64,000 nucleotides of DNA from Amoebidium appalachense (lineage: Eukaryota > Protista > Ichthyosporea). Below are positions 1 through 48,849 of this stretch, in pieces (within the stretch, counting starts at the first letter, position 1; each line of letters opens with the position of its first letter). The stretch spans positions 3,782,001 to 3,846,000 of the forward strand of contig CAVNZM010000015.1 in assembly GCA_963693365.1 (NCBI GenBank), in the 5' to 3' direction. Under the pieces are notes generated by a model that was given only the letters and a program-made list of their open reading frames with translations, did no database searches and was not told the DNA's origin. The position numbers were made by a program, and so were the translations under genes.

Positions 1-640
1 CACGCGTGCCTCATCCGTTTGCCCTTCCCAGCGTGTCTGAAGACAGACAATGAGACACATATATGTATAATATCAATAATAATAAATCAAAAAAATTAAT
101 AATTAAAGAAGACAAAAAGACACACAAGGGCCAATTTAAAAAAAAAATCTTCCGCTCATCCACCCATCTCTTACTCCAATTATACCACACTCTTCCCATT
201 AACTCATTTCCTGGCTAACTTGAAGCCCACTCTTGTCATTTCTTGGTATACCCCCCCCCCCCCCCCCCCCTCTCCCTTCACCCTCCCACTCTCCCCCCCC
301 TCCCACCCTCCCACACCTAAACGGCGGGATGTTTCCGCACGCAATTATGGCATTACATTGAAACTGGCCTTTTCAGGAATGGTGGTGGTGGTGGTGGTGG
401 CTGGGGGGGGGAAGGGGGGGGGAGAGGGGGGGGGGGGGGGGGAGGTAAAAATGTGTTATAGGGTACGAAGTACGAAGTATCATTAACGGACAACATAATG
501 CAGAGTGCAAACCACAGAAAGTGTATGCATGATAAGCACATCCAATCCTCAGGGCACAACTCATCCACACGGAGGGAGACGGGGAGGGGGAGGGGGGAAG
601 GGGGGGGGGGGGGGGGGGGGTGTGTGATTAAAGCACACAC

Positions 641-6070
<5,430 letters not shown>

Positions 6071-7127
6071 CTTTCTGTAATAAGCAACTCTGCACCGTAC
6101 TAATATAAAGTTAAGTGAAGCAATGGGTCTGTAAAGGCGGGGATAGTGGTTTGTTACGTTTACTGAATATAATTTATCGTTGCCGGTCTTGCTGAAATTA
6201 GCCGTGCGAGCCTCCTTGAAACTACAGTTTGGAGATAAGAAAGCATTGGAGGAAGGATCATGGGTGTAGGTTAGGAAGCAATAACGGAAGGACCCATGCG
6301 CTCGTTTAGAGATTCTGATGTTCTTAGGTTAATATTTACCTCAGTAATCTTTCCATCGAAATACTGTTTGATAAATTTGTACAGATATTGGCATGACCTT
6401 TCAAACTTGAAAACGTAAGCCCGATGTTTGCCAAATTTCGGGTTTCCAACTTGAGCCAAGCCCTTTTCAGACAGACTGACAGACTCTTGAGTTGACCAGG
6501 GGACGTTATATCAGAGGTTTTCGCGCCAAAACTGAAGCAAGTTGCATGCCATTGGTCAGATAAAAGGCGCAGTCATTGCAGATCTTGGCCCTCTGATAGG
6601 CCCAACCGCTGAACCACCGCACGGCCCTTTGAAAACAGAGGGCCGTGACCACCGTCACAGTAGCGGGAGTCACTGTCAGACTGTCTTCAAAAGATGCACA
6701 TGAGTAGGCTACAGAGATGTTAGCTATAGAGGTTAGCTCTAGATACTTATGTATTATCCGTGTTATCGTGTTTGCTGGAAAATAGAGGGAAAAGAAAAGA
6801 AATACGAGAAACTTATGTGTAAAGAAGCACAGTTTTGGTGGGTTCTTACATGTTCAGTGTTTCCATGCTGTTATTGAGCAATTTATGTTCGCTCAGGTGT
6901 GCTGGATTACGAAAATCTTTGACTTCGAGAAACATTAGTGTTCGCGTGTGGATAACAAACCTCACACACGATCTACGTATGTCCTGTTACAAAAGACTCC
7001 GACGCATGGGTTAATACATTGTTACACTAGTCGTCCTGAAGGAATTGGGTGTGATCGTTCTTGCTCTCCCATTTGGTGCAGGGCACATAGGCTTCAAAGC
7101 CGCTATGAAACAAAATAACACTTGAAC
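6071..7127. promoter_or_regulatory. Probable bidirectional promoter/5'UTR region between divergent genes
   Basis: About 1 kb free of microsatellites between the inferred ATGs at 6070 (-) and 7128 (+). Positional inference only. Confidence 0.45.
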
Positions 7128-35893
<28,766 letters not shown>

Positions 35894-37245
35894 TAGTGGT
35901 GGGGTTGGGACGAATGCGGCGGGTGGGTATGGTGTTGGTCAGGAGGGAGATATGGTGGAAGAACTGGATTTTGGCCTGTGAATTTGTTTTTACGTTTTTG
36001 GTTTTTATTCGCGGGGCCACGGTAGTGGTGGTGGGTTGGTAACACGGGAACCTGTTGCTTGTTTTTTTTGTTTTTGTAGTGACACTGTGTGTGTGTGTGT
36101 GTGTGTTTGCAAGACTCTCTCTCAGTCTCTCTCTTTGTTTCTTTCAGCTATTTATCAAGCAAGTTTGAACAACAACATTAGATTCTGACCGCATGATCTT
36201 TTTGAAGGTCCGTCGGCCTTTAACGGCTGTTTGAATTCATTTAATATTTATTTATTTGGTCATTCATATATTATCTATTAGTTTAAATACAGGCCCTGTA
36301 AGCTATTAAGTATCGAGAATGCATGGGCCAGGTCAGACTAGTGTTCGATAAAATGGCCTGCATATGTCATACCCCCTCGTTTATTCTTCACTGTATGTAA
36401 TTCCCGTGAATGTTAAGTTAGACGGCACGGCTTACTCTACCTGAGGTAATTCAGATATTTGAAGGTTTCTGAAGTTAACTTGGTATATATGCATGTGCCA
36501 TCGTATGGACAGACACTGACGGACAGATATTCTTTTGTTTTGTTTGCACTGGCAAAGTGTCCGTAGCAACAAATGGTGTGTGATTCCTCTATCGATACAC
36601 TTGAACAGTTCGGAAAACTTTAGTACTTAAAGAGCATTTGATGTATTCTCGTCTCTTATAAGACAGTCGCATTCTCGAAGTTCTGGTGGCAGCGAATATT
36701 TAATTTATCCTCTACATAAGTAACATTGGGTCCGCCGAGATATTGGTTTTGACCAAGTTGGTGACAATTTATGTTCTGAATCATTGCGTTTGGGACTCGA
36801 GCTGGCATTGTTTATTGTTTTGTCATAAATGTCACAATGCGAATGGACTTTTGGCCATGGGCCGACTCAGTCAAGAGCAATGCCATGTAGAATCTGATTC
36901 CACTAGACTAGGCTAAGTACTAAAACTAAGTTTATTTCAAGGTGTTCGTTGGCCGCAAATCAGTTTTACAATGAATGACCTGATCATGATCAAGAACATT
37001 GTTGTTGTTTCGTCAAGTCATGCAGTCAAATTATTACCACGTTTTGCATCGGTTTATGAAAAAGTTTTCGGTATTGTTGGTGCCACCTGACTCAATCACA
37101 GCGCCCCCCCCCCCCCCCCCCCCCCCCCGACCACCGCCACCGCCACCACACACCGTGGCACACACACACTGACACACACACACACACACACACACACACT
37201 CAAACAACACACTCACTGTGGCACACACACACACACGCACACAAA

Positions 37246-37297
<52 letters not shown>

Positions 37298-37414
37298 TCA
37301 CCCCGGCGTGAGTCACTGGGCCGCTAGATCTGGCAGTGTACATATGTGCCTCATCGGATCAGAAACCGTCCCAAGGGGCTCGAGGGTGGTGGCCATGGGG
37401 GGGCGGGGAAGGGG

Positions 37415-37459
<45 letters not shown>

Positions 37460-37629
37460 AGCTCGAAGGGGACTCGCCAACGCCTGGAGAGAGACTGGGG
37501 GGCCCGGGGAGGGGGGGGGGAGGGGGGGGGGGGAGGGGGGGAGTTCAAGTCCTGGGTCTGAGAGAAAGAGAGAGAGGCCTAGCTAGGGGAGAGACAGAGA
37601 GCTCGGAGGGAAAGGAACGCCTGAGAGAC

Positions 37630-37631
<2 letters not shown>

Positions 37632-37707
<76 letters not shown>

Positions 37708-37726
37708 GAGAGAGAGAGAGAGAGAG

Positions 37727-37818
<92 letters not shown>
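37632..37818 (+). repeat. (GA)n microsatellite
   Basis: Directly visible. Confidence 0.9.
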
Positions 37819-37820
<2 letters not shown>

Positions 37821-38635
37821 TCGGGGGGAGAGAGAGTGTGTTATGTCCCCGCGGCGAGCAGTCGTGTCAATTGGATCGATTCAGATCTATTCAGATCTAT
37901 TTGCTTTGTTTACATTTCGTCGGTGCCGGCTCATCAATCAGATGTCGGTAAGTGGTGACGAGTGAACCAATCATAAATGTGATATCTGCGTATCCAATCG
38001 GATAATCGAATTCAAATTATATGTAGACGTTTCGGTTACTTGGAAACGATCTACGGTGGGAATCGCGTGAGTAGGCAGAGTTGTGAGTTCGGAAGAAACT
38101 TATGGCCTCTTCCGTGTTGATTGGAACACATAAACGCTACGGCCAGAGAGAACGAATAACTAAAGCAGGTTGTGAGTGATTGGAGAGCCTCATATTCGAC
38201 CAGTCATGTCGAGGGCATCCAGGCAAAGTCCAGCTGCAGTGAGTGGTCGTTGTAAACCTGCAGCTACACATGTGAGAGACACAGCACTCCGAAAGGTAAC
38301 TGGTAACCAAAGTCCACAAACAGGAAAAGTGCTCTACCTGTTTATTTGGAGTATATTTCGGGGCTGTGTAAGTCATAAGTCATGCAGCAGTAAAGATTAT
38401 ATATGAGTGTTAGAACCGGCAAGAGACCAAGTAATCACACACAGTAATTGCTAGCCCTGTACTAATCTGTAATATGATTAGTCGGCTAGGGAATTGTGTG
38501 ATTGGTCAAGTAATCTTGTCCGGGTCGAACACACGTATATAAACGGACGCATCGATCCTCTGAAATCCAGTTCAGAATGAACCCCGTTTTACTCTTACAC
38601 ATACACTTTACACTGAAGTGTCCGTGAGGATACTT

Positions 38636-38710
<75 letters not shown>

Positions 38711-39057
38711 CGAGTCTCAGAGACTCGAGATCTGAGAGCTCTGAGAGATCGAGAGAGAGAGAGAAGAGAGAGAAGAGAAGAGAGGAGAGAGAGGGGGGGG
38801 GGGGGGGGGGGGGGGGTTACGCTGTTTACTCGAGGCAAAGAGAGACCAGTCTTAGGTATGGGGGGGTTTTGCTCGGAATATCCCCTCAGCGGTATATCAT
38901 GATCACGTACATAGATGTCGGGTGATGATTATATATCAGGGTTTACTTTCTCTACGAGACACCATAAAGACTAAGAGAAATCAATAAGTTGGGGTTCCCC
39001 GTTATTTTTTTTTATTTTTTTTTTTCGGGCTCCCCTGGGACACTCGGTATCAGCTGG

Positions 39058-39145
<88 letters not shown>

Positions 39146-40507
39146 CTGTGTGCGCTAGAATTTTGTGATGATGTGTTTCTCAAGCCAATCAATACATCTA
39201 ATAAGCAGGTCGTAGTTACACGTGTTTAGTATAAAATCAAGGATGATGTAATTTTCAGGTAGGCTATATTTCTGGGTGTCTGTTGTGAATGTGACGTGTG
39301 TGTGTTGCGGTATTATGTGGTCTATCAAACTACATTTGGCGATACATGACCGTTTAAACTGGTGTGTGTGTGTGTTGTTTGGGCATGCAAACGATGCCAC
39401 CTTATACTTATTTAGATCTCCACTGTATAGCACGTGTACAGTAAAAGCGTGGTATGTGGTCAATAATACCATCAGCTAGAGAAAGACCATTTCTACAGGA
39501 AGGTAATATGTATTTGGGTGTTACACATTTGCGAGTGCCATATTTGGCAATATAGTTAAGGCGGTCATCATATATAAAACGAGACATAAGGCTTAGTTTT
39601 TCAAGGAGTATGCTTTCATCGGGTCTGGTGTCGTGTGGTATCTTTTTCCATTTGTTATATTGCGCAATTATCTTGTGATTGTGTACATGCCTAATAAGTA
39701 AGTGGCAGTCCAAAGTCACACGCACACTTTTGCGGGGTTTATCTGTATTTGTGCCCGGGGGAGAAGGAAAGTGAGAGGGAAGGAAAGAGGAGAGAGGTGA
39801 GGAGGGGACAGGTCGGATAGAGAAGAGAGGGTGGGAGGGCAAATACTTCTTAAGCGGCTTATGTGCTTATTCAATTTCAGCGCGAGGACGTGGGATACTC
39901 TAGCAGCTATTAGGACCAGACCATATATCGAGAGCGTTCTGTTTTCGGGCCCGAGGGCCTTATCTGGTTTCCTCAATCAAATCATCCTCGTTGACAAACA
40001 CCTGACAATATCAGAGGGAGAGCGTTTTCCAGCTGCAATGATGATGCTCTTTCGGCCAATCAAAAAAAAAGATTTGGAAAGAACTTCGTACGCATTTGTA
40101 AACCCCATCGGCCCTATTTCAATACCAAGCGTTGGCAGGTGGCGTGCCATATCGTGCCATATACAACGCGAACAAACAAGTCAGGATCTCACACGCGCTT
40201 CACAGTGTATGGATGATACGCACAAGAACACGAGATAATATTTTCAGATCAGCGCACATCAGTACTATAGTGACAGTCAACAGTACATACATACATATGT
40301 ACACAAGAACACGAAATGTGTCAGTGACGATCCACACCATATTGGCGAGCTGCAACACTGACAGATCATGCAATTTTTGGAACATGAAATGTGGTGACAC
40401 GGGGGGGGGGGGGGGGGGGGGGGGAGGGAGGAGAGAGAGGGAGAGAGAGAAGAGAGAGCTCGAGAGCCTCAGGGGGGTGGGGGGCCGGGGGGGGGGGGGG
40501 GGGGGGG

Positions 40508-40539
<32 letters not shown>

Positions 40540-40561
40540 GAGAGACAGAGAGAAACTCAGG

Positions 40562-40639
<78 letters not shown>

Positions 40640-41081
40640 ACGTGTGTGCCTGGCGTGTACACGAGGTTCTATGTGTAGCAGACTCCGAAGCTACCCACAT
40701 GTGAACACATGTTTTCTTCGAGCCTCATTCAACTCAACTATAACCCGAGACATACGTATACATATTTTGAAAGAGACGCTCTACAGTGACCAAAGGCAGA
40801 AATCGCCACACACATGCATGTACACACATGCACGCACACAATCATACACGCAGATGTACATGTGACTTTAATACACATGCATAAGCACCCAACCACAATC
40901 ACGAACGTGCGCGCGCGTGCGCACACACACACACACATGTACACACACACACCGTACACACACACACACACTGTAGCGCACACACACAACTTCGTGCACA
41001 CACACAAACATGTGTACACACACATATACACGCACAACACACCCACCGTGCACACACACACACACACACACGCACACACAC

Positions 41082-41113
<32 letters not shown>

Positions 41114-41417
41114 GCGTGCGCGTGCGCGCGCGCGCGCGCGCACACACGCATGTCACACACACACTGCACACTTACACATAGCGCAGGCAAACACACGGTC
41201 TGTGCAGTACTAGTCGCACAAACGCATGCACATGCGTAAACACACGCACACACGCGCACACACAACCCGAGCAGTCACACACGCGCACACAGACGCGCTG
41301 CGTCAGCGCGCACCGTAAACACTGTAACACACGCCGTACAAGCCGAGAGAGTCAGAGAGAGAGGGAGCGCTGAGAGAGAGAGAGACTCTAAGAGAGAGAG
41401 TGAGAGAGAGAGAGAGA

Positions 41418-41471
<54 letters not shown>

Positions 41472-44400
41472 GTGTGTGTATATATGTGTCAAATTGATTC
41501 CACCGAGTTTGGGCCCACATCGCCGTGGGTGGAACCCACTAGATCGTTTATTATTATTATTATTATTAGCTCGGAAATGAATGAGGTCATCGGAAGTTGT
41601 TCACCGCAAATTCCAGAAGCCTCTCTCGTTTACTCTGTCAGGCAACCACGAAACACTGACGTATGTGCACATGTGCACAGCACGTCATTCTCATCCACTT
41701 GAATATTCGTCGGTACGATAGCCAGTTTTCGTATCGGTATAGCAGATAGCTTTTTTTCCCCGTCAGTTGTTTTCTGTAAAGACTACTTCATGTCCTCCAC
41801 TGGGCGGCTGTGGTATGGCGAAGGCATATAGCCTTGGTGTCTCTTTGTGGTAGAGAGCTAGCCTTTGTGGCCCAGATGGTCAAGCCATCGGCCTAAGGAC
41901 ACCAAAATCCCGATGGAGGAGGCCTTTTTGCGTGCCATCATTCAAGTCAGCGGCGCCAAGTTGCTGGCAAAAGGGCCGTGGCCAGATGTACGTGGGTGTG
42001 TGGAATGTGTTGGAATTTTTGCACGTACATGTGTGGATGCATGTGCGCGTGCAGCCTGGCTTGAACGGTCATACTATATGATCCTCTATTCAATTATCCT
42101 ATATGATCCTCTATTCAATTATATAGACGATGCTGTATAGGAAATCAAGCTGAAGTAAAAAACTTCGGTTATTATTGCAAGTCTAGCATACGTGGAAAGT
42201 AAACGATATTTGTTCTCTGTACACTCGTGTAGCTGCCTTCCCCGGATCCGCGCCGGTTGGAACTTGGGGCCTTAGAATCCGATCCGGGATCTCAACGATC
42301 ACCAAAATGGGCCAACAAAAAGTGCGAGACTCTTATATGATTGGTTAATACATTTGATTGGTTAAAGAAAATTATCAAATTGGACGGTCATGACGAACAT
42401 TCTAGACACCTTTTCGATCCTTTTGCGCACTCACACCACCATCACAACGCATACACGAACTTCAGCCCCCTGCCAGACAAATTTGCAAGACATTGACCAT
42501 ATATGGTCAAAGTATACCATCCGCGCGGAGATTTCAACATTTAGCCTATATGGCGGATACGGTTAGACAATCTCGCTCCTATATAGATTCGTTTATTCAT
42601 GATGTTGTTTCGTATAAATATGCAATGATGATTATGTCTTGGCGTTGTAATCGGTTTTTGGTGTCTCCTGCTCGTATGTGTAATATGTGTGGGGGACGGG
42701 TGACTCGCGGATGCATATCTATCAATAAGTGTGACCTGTTAGCTAATGTGGTAGAACCGGAGGTTATGGGCGACTTTATTCTCTTTTCTACTTCCCTCCC
42801 CCAGTATATCCGTTATAAAATGACCGTGTTAGATCACCTTATTAATGCTGCACAGTATGATATTGTGATACGGTGTCTTAACTTTCTCTCGGAGCTACCA
42901 ATGCTAGCTTCTGCTTATTATCCATAATAATCTATACTAGGGTTGTTTTATTGCTTACAGTGTACATAAGTCACTAGCTGCATTTGATTGGCTGCGCTGG
43001 AAAACCCAGTAGGCCGTCAAGTGAGGCTGGGCCCCTGACGATGTCCGCAGCAATACAAAGTGCATAAACCCCCCCCAACATGATCCCTGAGGGCCTGTGT
43101 AACTTACCTGGACTCCCTGCCTACGTACGACAAACGTCACAGGCTGCAGCATCATGATATGTACATGTAGGCTGTGGAACAGTATCATTTTCAACGCATA
43201 ACAAAAGAAAATGCGTGGTTTTATGCCCCCAAGGTGTATGCAGAAACATATACATACAGGAATAAAGAATGAATATGTGACTTCCGTCTTTTTTGGGGGG
43301 GTTCGGCCGCGACCCGGGCTGCCTGGACAGTTCGCTACGCGTACATAGCTATCATCCTGAGGGTGACAGTGTCCGACTTCACAGGTGTGGAATTTTAACA
43401 AACCCGAACCAAGTTGATGTGCACGTCAACCCGAGTACTCGGATTATAAGTGGAAGATCCATAAGTGTGTATGTTGTAGAGGGGAAATAGAGCGTGTGTG
43501 TGCATGTGCCATGGCTACAAATGCAGCCCGTCACTGCAATGCTGTGCACATGATGCTTGCATTTGTGTGCCACACGTGTACACGTACGGGTGTATCGATA
43601 TCCGCATCATGTACTACGCTAGACTAATTTCCACGCACGAACAAAATATCATGGTATACGTAGGGCTCCCTCTCGTCGTAAGGGCGTATCAGTATTTGCT
43701 GTTTAAATAGAGTTGGGAGTCAAAAGTCTGTTTACACCGTAAGCCAAATGTAAAATTATTAGTAGTGAACTGTGAAATTTTGTTAGCAGGCTATTATTAC
43801 AGTGGCAAAGTCCCAAGGCTTCGCACGTGCACGTGCTGCCAATATTCGTCACGTACAAGTTGACTCTCGGAGGGTCGGGCGGACTCCGGAATCGGGCTGT
43901 AAATATTCACCATATGCATCTGGAAATTTCCGTGGCACTCAAGTAATGAATTTTTTTTATTATAATGACTTAAAGTCTAATGATGTGCTCGCCGAACATG
44001 AAAAAAGAGATATCCCAGATATCTTAAAAGACGACGGTCGATTACACACTCAAATGTTGAGTTCCAAAGGTAAGTGACCTCATACAAATATTGGAAAACA
44101 AACACTACAGTCAGACACCATATGCCATGGAATTTTGCGAGGAGGGGCTCAAGGAGAGGGGCGCAATACCTCGGAGCCAATCGAGTCTGCCTGTGACTGG
44201 AACAACTGTGCCTCGGTGGCTCCCGTTGTTCCAGTTTCGTGCACGAATAAATACGTGTGAGCATTTGCACTGCCAACTGAAGCACTCTGAACATCTGTCA
44301 TTGATTCTCTCAATTGTGCTGCACACTCTCACACTCAGACTGCCGTCTTGTAATTGATTTCAAAGTTATTCGTCATATTATCGTCAAGGGAGGAGCTGCT

Positions 44401-44570
44401 GCCTATATTATCTCCGCCGGAGTCCGATAACAGTTTGCCTGCCACCACCCTCTCTACTAGCAATATTGCATTGCTCAGCTGAAGTCTCTTGAAGGAATCA
44501 CTTCACGCTGGGCCGTTACACTATCCTGACTACTGCTGTTTACATTCAATATTTATTGTTTGCGACCGAG

Positions 44571-47270
44571 ATGACTTCGTTGGCTGCGGCGCTAGTCAGT
44601 CTGGAAGAGTTTTGGCGTGCGGAACTTTCGGCAATAGAGGTAAGCACAAAGTTCTTGCATGTTTGAATTTGTAACACCTAACTTCGTGTGTGTAAGCTTA
44701 GGCTTAATATGACTACTAAGCCGTGACACACGCACACACGCGTGTCACGCACCATTGTAATAGACACACACGCGCGCGCGTACGCCCAAAGACGCACACA
44801 GACCGTTTCACGTGCACGCATGCGTGCGTGTACACGGCGCGTTGGAGGCACCATCTTATACTTTCGTGGTAGTTACAGCGTCGCTAACCTCTTTTTTCTT
44901 TCTTTTTTTTTTTGGGCACTGCAGGCTCAAAATGGACTGAGCAAGACTACTCGATCCAACGACTCGGGGGTGCACGTGGTCCAAAAAGTCGGTGATGTCA
45001 GCGACATTTTCGACTCCTACATGGGCCCAAGCGACGCATTCTTCGACATCATGTCGCCTGTTAGCGAGGTAGGTCATCACATTGTATTTCAGTGCACAGT
45101 GTTGGAATTTCTCAACTGTGCTATAATCATGATGATCCAGCCCCTAGCCCGGGATAAGTAAAACTTAATTTTGTAAACTTTCAGTAACTTATGATACAAT
45201 GTCAGGGTTGATTTTTGCCGTGAAAGTTCAACTTGCAATGGCGAGTTGAACACTTTTGTCCATCTGCGAAAGACACGCATTGCCACTGCCAGGTGCAGGT
45301 CTATTGTGTGTGTGTATTGCATCTGAAACTAGCCAGGATGCCGAGTTATGGTACATTTATCTCCTATTCCGGGCAACTTGGCAAATTCGAAGTAGATTGT
45401 AAGCATTTTGAACTCACGCCATCGACTTATCAAAGCAACTTACTCACCTCTTTACGCACTTCAAATATAGCAGGGGTCACCAGACGACTGTTACAAGCCA
45501 ATCAAAAAATGCCCCGATTTTCTACAGCCAATCAAAACGGAGCAACCAGCTACCTGGAACACCACGCTCCTGGAAGCATCACAGGGGATCATCACCCCAA
45601 ACTCATACGACAGCGGCTCCGTTTTCGACAGCTTCGATGGCGAGTGAGTGTGCCCCCCCCCCCCCTCCCCCCCCCCCCCCCCCCCTCCCCCAGATGATGG
45701 GCTATGTTCAGGCCGTCTTTCATCCCTTTTTTTCTTTTTTTTTCTTCTTTTTTCGCGTGTTTATTTTATGAAAAACTTTTGACAATTTCAACGGTGCTAA
45801 GACTGTGTTTTGATGTCTTCTTCCTTCTCCATAATATAACCCTACAGTGCATCCTCCTCCTCCTCCCCCCCCCCTTCCCCCCCCCCCCCCCCCCCTCCCA
45901 AAACCACCTTGCTGCGTGCTTGAAAGTTTTGATATCTCCTGGCTTTTTTTTTTTTTTTTTTTTTTTTGGCATGGATCACTGACATCCTACCCATGCATAC
46001 GTTCCCGCACGCGCGCTCATACACACACTGTGACACACACACACACACACACACGCACACACAGCCTTTTTGTGCTCGAGAGCATCTTCGACGACATGGG
46101 CTACGATTGGAAACCCGGTGAAATCAGCGAAGCCGACATGACTTTTGGCCAATCAACTGCCTTCTACCCGCTCTCCCCAGCCCTCTCCCAATCAAATTCC
46201 TCAGAGTCCGTTCCATCGCCAACACTCACAGAGGTGAATTTTTTCAAGGCGGACCCGTACGAAAGTTTTCTGCCCCCCCTCTCCCCGGACCAATCGCATC
46301 TGCCCGTTCCCAAGCCAGACCTGACCTGCAACGAATCATCCATCCTCTCTCCACTCCCAAGCCCACCCGTCAATCTTCGTGCTACCCCCGCAACCCCACC
46401 CATGAACCCCCCCACCCCCACCCCCACCCCCTCATCTGTTCAAAATAATGCTGCAAAACCACCAACGAAAAATTTGAACGAGCTTAAACGCAAGAGGGAA
46501 AACCCACCTAAAACAGGTTTTGGGTTTCCGACCAACCCAAACATCCCCCCTGATTCCGTGCATGCGGAGGGTTCGGAGAGCGGCATCACCGTAAACCTTC
46601 AGTCTGGGGCTCTATGGAGGGCTCTGTATGGGGTCCTAAACGAAAATTTGGTCAGCCTACGTGGGAGGCAGCTTTTCCCCTCTATTACGGTATTGGACCC
46701 CCCCAATCCCACCAAGGACCCCCCCCCACTACTCCCCCTACTCTCTCCCCCCTCCCCTCCCCCTCTCCCGCTGCGCTTCATGGGATCTCTGCATCCTGCT
46801 CCCCCCCCCCCCCCCCCTCCGTCCCTTCCCCCCTCCCCCCCCCCCCAAAAAAAAAAAAAAAAAAAAACTGGAACCGTTCCCCCTCCCCCTCCCTTTTTAG
46901 AGCAGAATATAGTATCAGTACAACATTAGCGTACTTCTATCCCATTTTATTGCTTTTGCTATCGTTCTGGTGTTGAGTTTTGTGTTTTGAGGTTCTTTTG
47001 AGCTGAAGATTATAATCGTAAATACTGCTCATGTTTAACTTTAGTTTTATGGGTCTGCTGTGATAGGTAGGATGATTTGTGCACTTTGCTTTAACAAACT
47101 AACGGCCTTCTGTGATAGGTTGATTTTAAAAACCTGGACCCCGACATCGCCTACAGTGTGTGGCTGCAACTTGAGTGTGTGACCCCCAAAGGCCATTTGG
47201 AGCAATGGGACTTTGTGAGTGGCTGGAAATCACGTGCTGTCTGTCCCCGCTCCAGGAAGAGTACTTCCCC

Positions 47271-47301
<31 letters not shown>

Positions 47302-47770
47302 AAAAAAAAAAAAAAAAAGGAAGAAATCACTGTATTACCTTCATCAATAGTGATCTGCTTTGAAAACATGCGCCAGTTATTTAAGGCAGTACGTTATGGT
47401 TGTTGTGGCCAAAGAACACCAGAATGGGGTCGGTGGCAGGACATGGTGATCGTTCTTCCCCCTTCCCCCCCTCCCCCCCCCTCCCCCCCCCCCCTCCCCC
47501 CCCCCCCCCCCCAGGCTCCCATTCTGGGCCTACCATGCATTCCTCAGTGTGTGCCACGCCTGAATATGCATGAAGTGCCTCTCTCTAAGCACTGCAAACT
47601 CCAGTAGAATTTACGCCGTGCCCCAAATACATGTCCTACCACTAACCATATAACCCCCCTTCCCCCCTCCCCCCTCCTCCTCCTCCCCCCCCCCCCCCTC
47701 CTTCCCCACCCGCGCAGCCGCCACCCCACCACCACCATCCCCCCCCCCCCCCCCCCCCCTCCGCCCCCCC

Positions 47771-47827
<57 letters not shown>

Positions 47828-48792
47828 TTGAAAACTCTGGAGCCCATTGTTGGCACCCACACTGCCCTCGGCAAGAACCACAGGATAAAGGCGCTCCCAA
47901 TCTCCTCAACCCCCCTTTTGGGCTCCACCCTCATGTCCCAATCCCACACATGGACAATCAAGATATCCAACAACCCGGACTCCATGCACGTATATCTCCC
48001 CTCCTTCCACAACTTCGTCCCGGTTATCTACATGGTCCCGCTCTCGGGAGACAGCAGCCGCTCCATCCCGCTGAGTGGCTCCACCAATCACGAGGGGGTT
48101 CTTCGGTTCCCCCTAGAGCTGTGTGAATTCGTCACGTGCACGGCCTACCACAGCAAGGATCTGTCGTGCCTAAAAAAAGCAGCCAATCCGATGGCTCGCA
48201 CTCAAAAGCCGCAACAGCCAGAGACTTGCCGGCGAATGGAGAACGTTTTGGTGAGTGTAGGCCTCCCTCCTTGCCTCCCCTTCCCCCCCCCTCTCCCCCC
48301 CTCCCCCCTCCCCCGCGGTGGCCGTCGTCACTCTCACCTACACCTCACCAACCCAACCATCTAGTCACTCAATCACATTAGCTCCCAGCTGAGCCCATGC
48401 TAACACTTTGCCAGCCCCTTTCTCCTCCCCCCCACTCCCCCCACCCCTCCTTTCCCCCCAAACTTCACCCCCCCCTCACCCCACCTCGCATCCCTTCCTC
48501 CCCCTTCGACAACTTTCTTAAGCTAGAAATCAACTGTGCTGTTATCGACAGGCTGTAGCCTTTTGAGTTGTGTCTTAAGGGGCTCCAGGCTACACGAATT
48601 TTAGAAAATTTAATAGCCTGAGATTAGAACTATACTAACTTCCCCCCTCCCCCCCCTTTCCCCCCCCCCCCCCTCCTCCCCCCTCCCCCGATCTCTCTTT
48701 CTCTTTCCCCTTCCTATCCCCCCCCCCCCCCCCCTCCCCCGGGGGCCTCTATCTCTCTCTTTCCCCTTCCTATTCCCCCTTCCCCCCCCCCC

Positions 48793-48849
<57 letters not shown>

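Noticed and set aside
44111-44180. Kinase-like MEFCEEG peptide
   Set aside because: No other kinase motifs (HRD, DFG) were found nearby.
44672-44679. TAACACCT T-box half site in intron 1 (autoregulation)
   Set aside because: A single 8-mer is expected by chance in 64 kb, and I did not see it in the paralog.
45496-45536. Repeated AGCCAATCA CCAAT boxes
   Set aside because: They lie within a coding exon (KPIK, QPIK) and are explained by the protein sequence.
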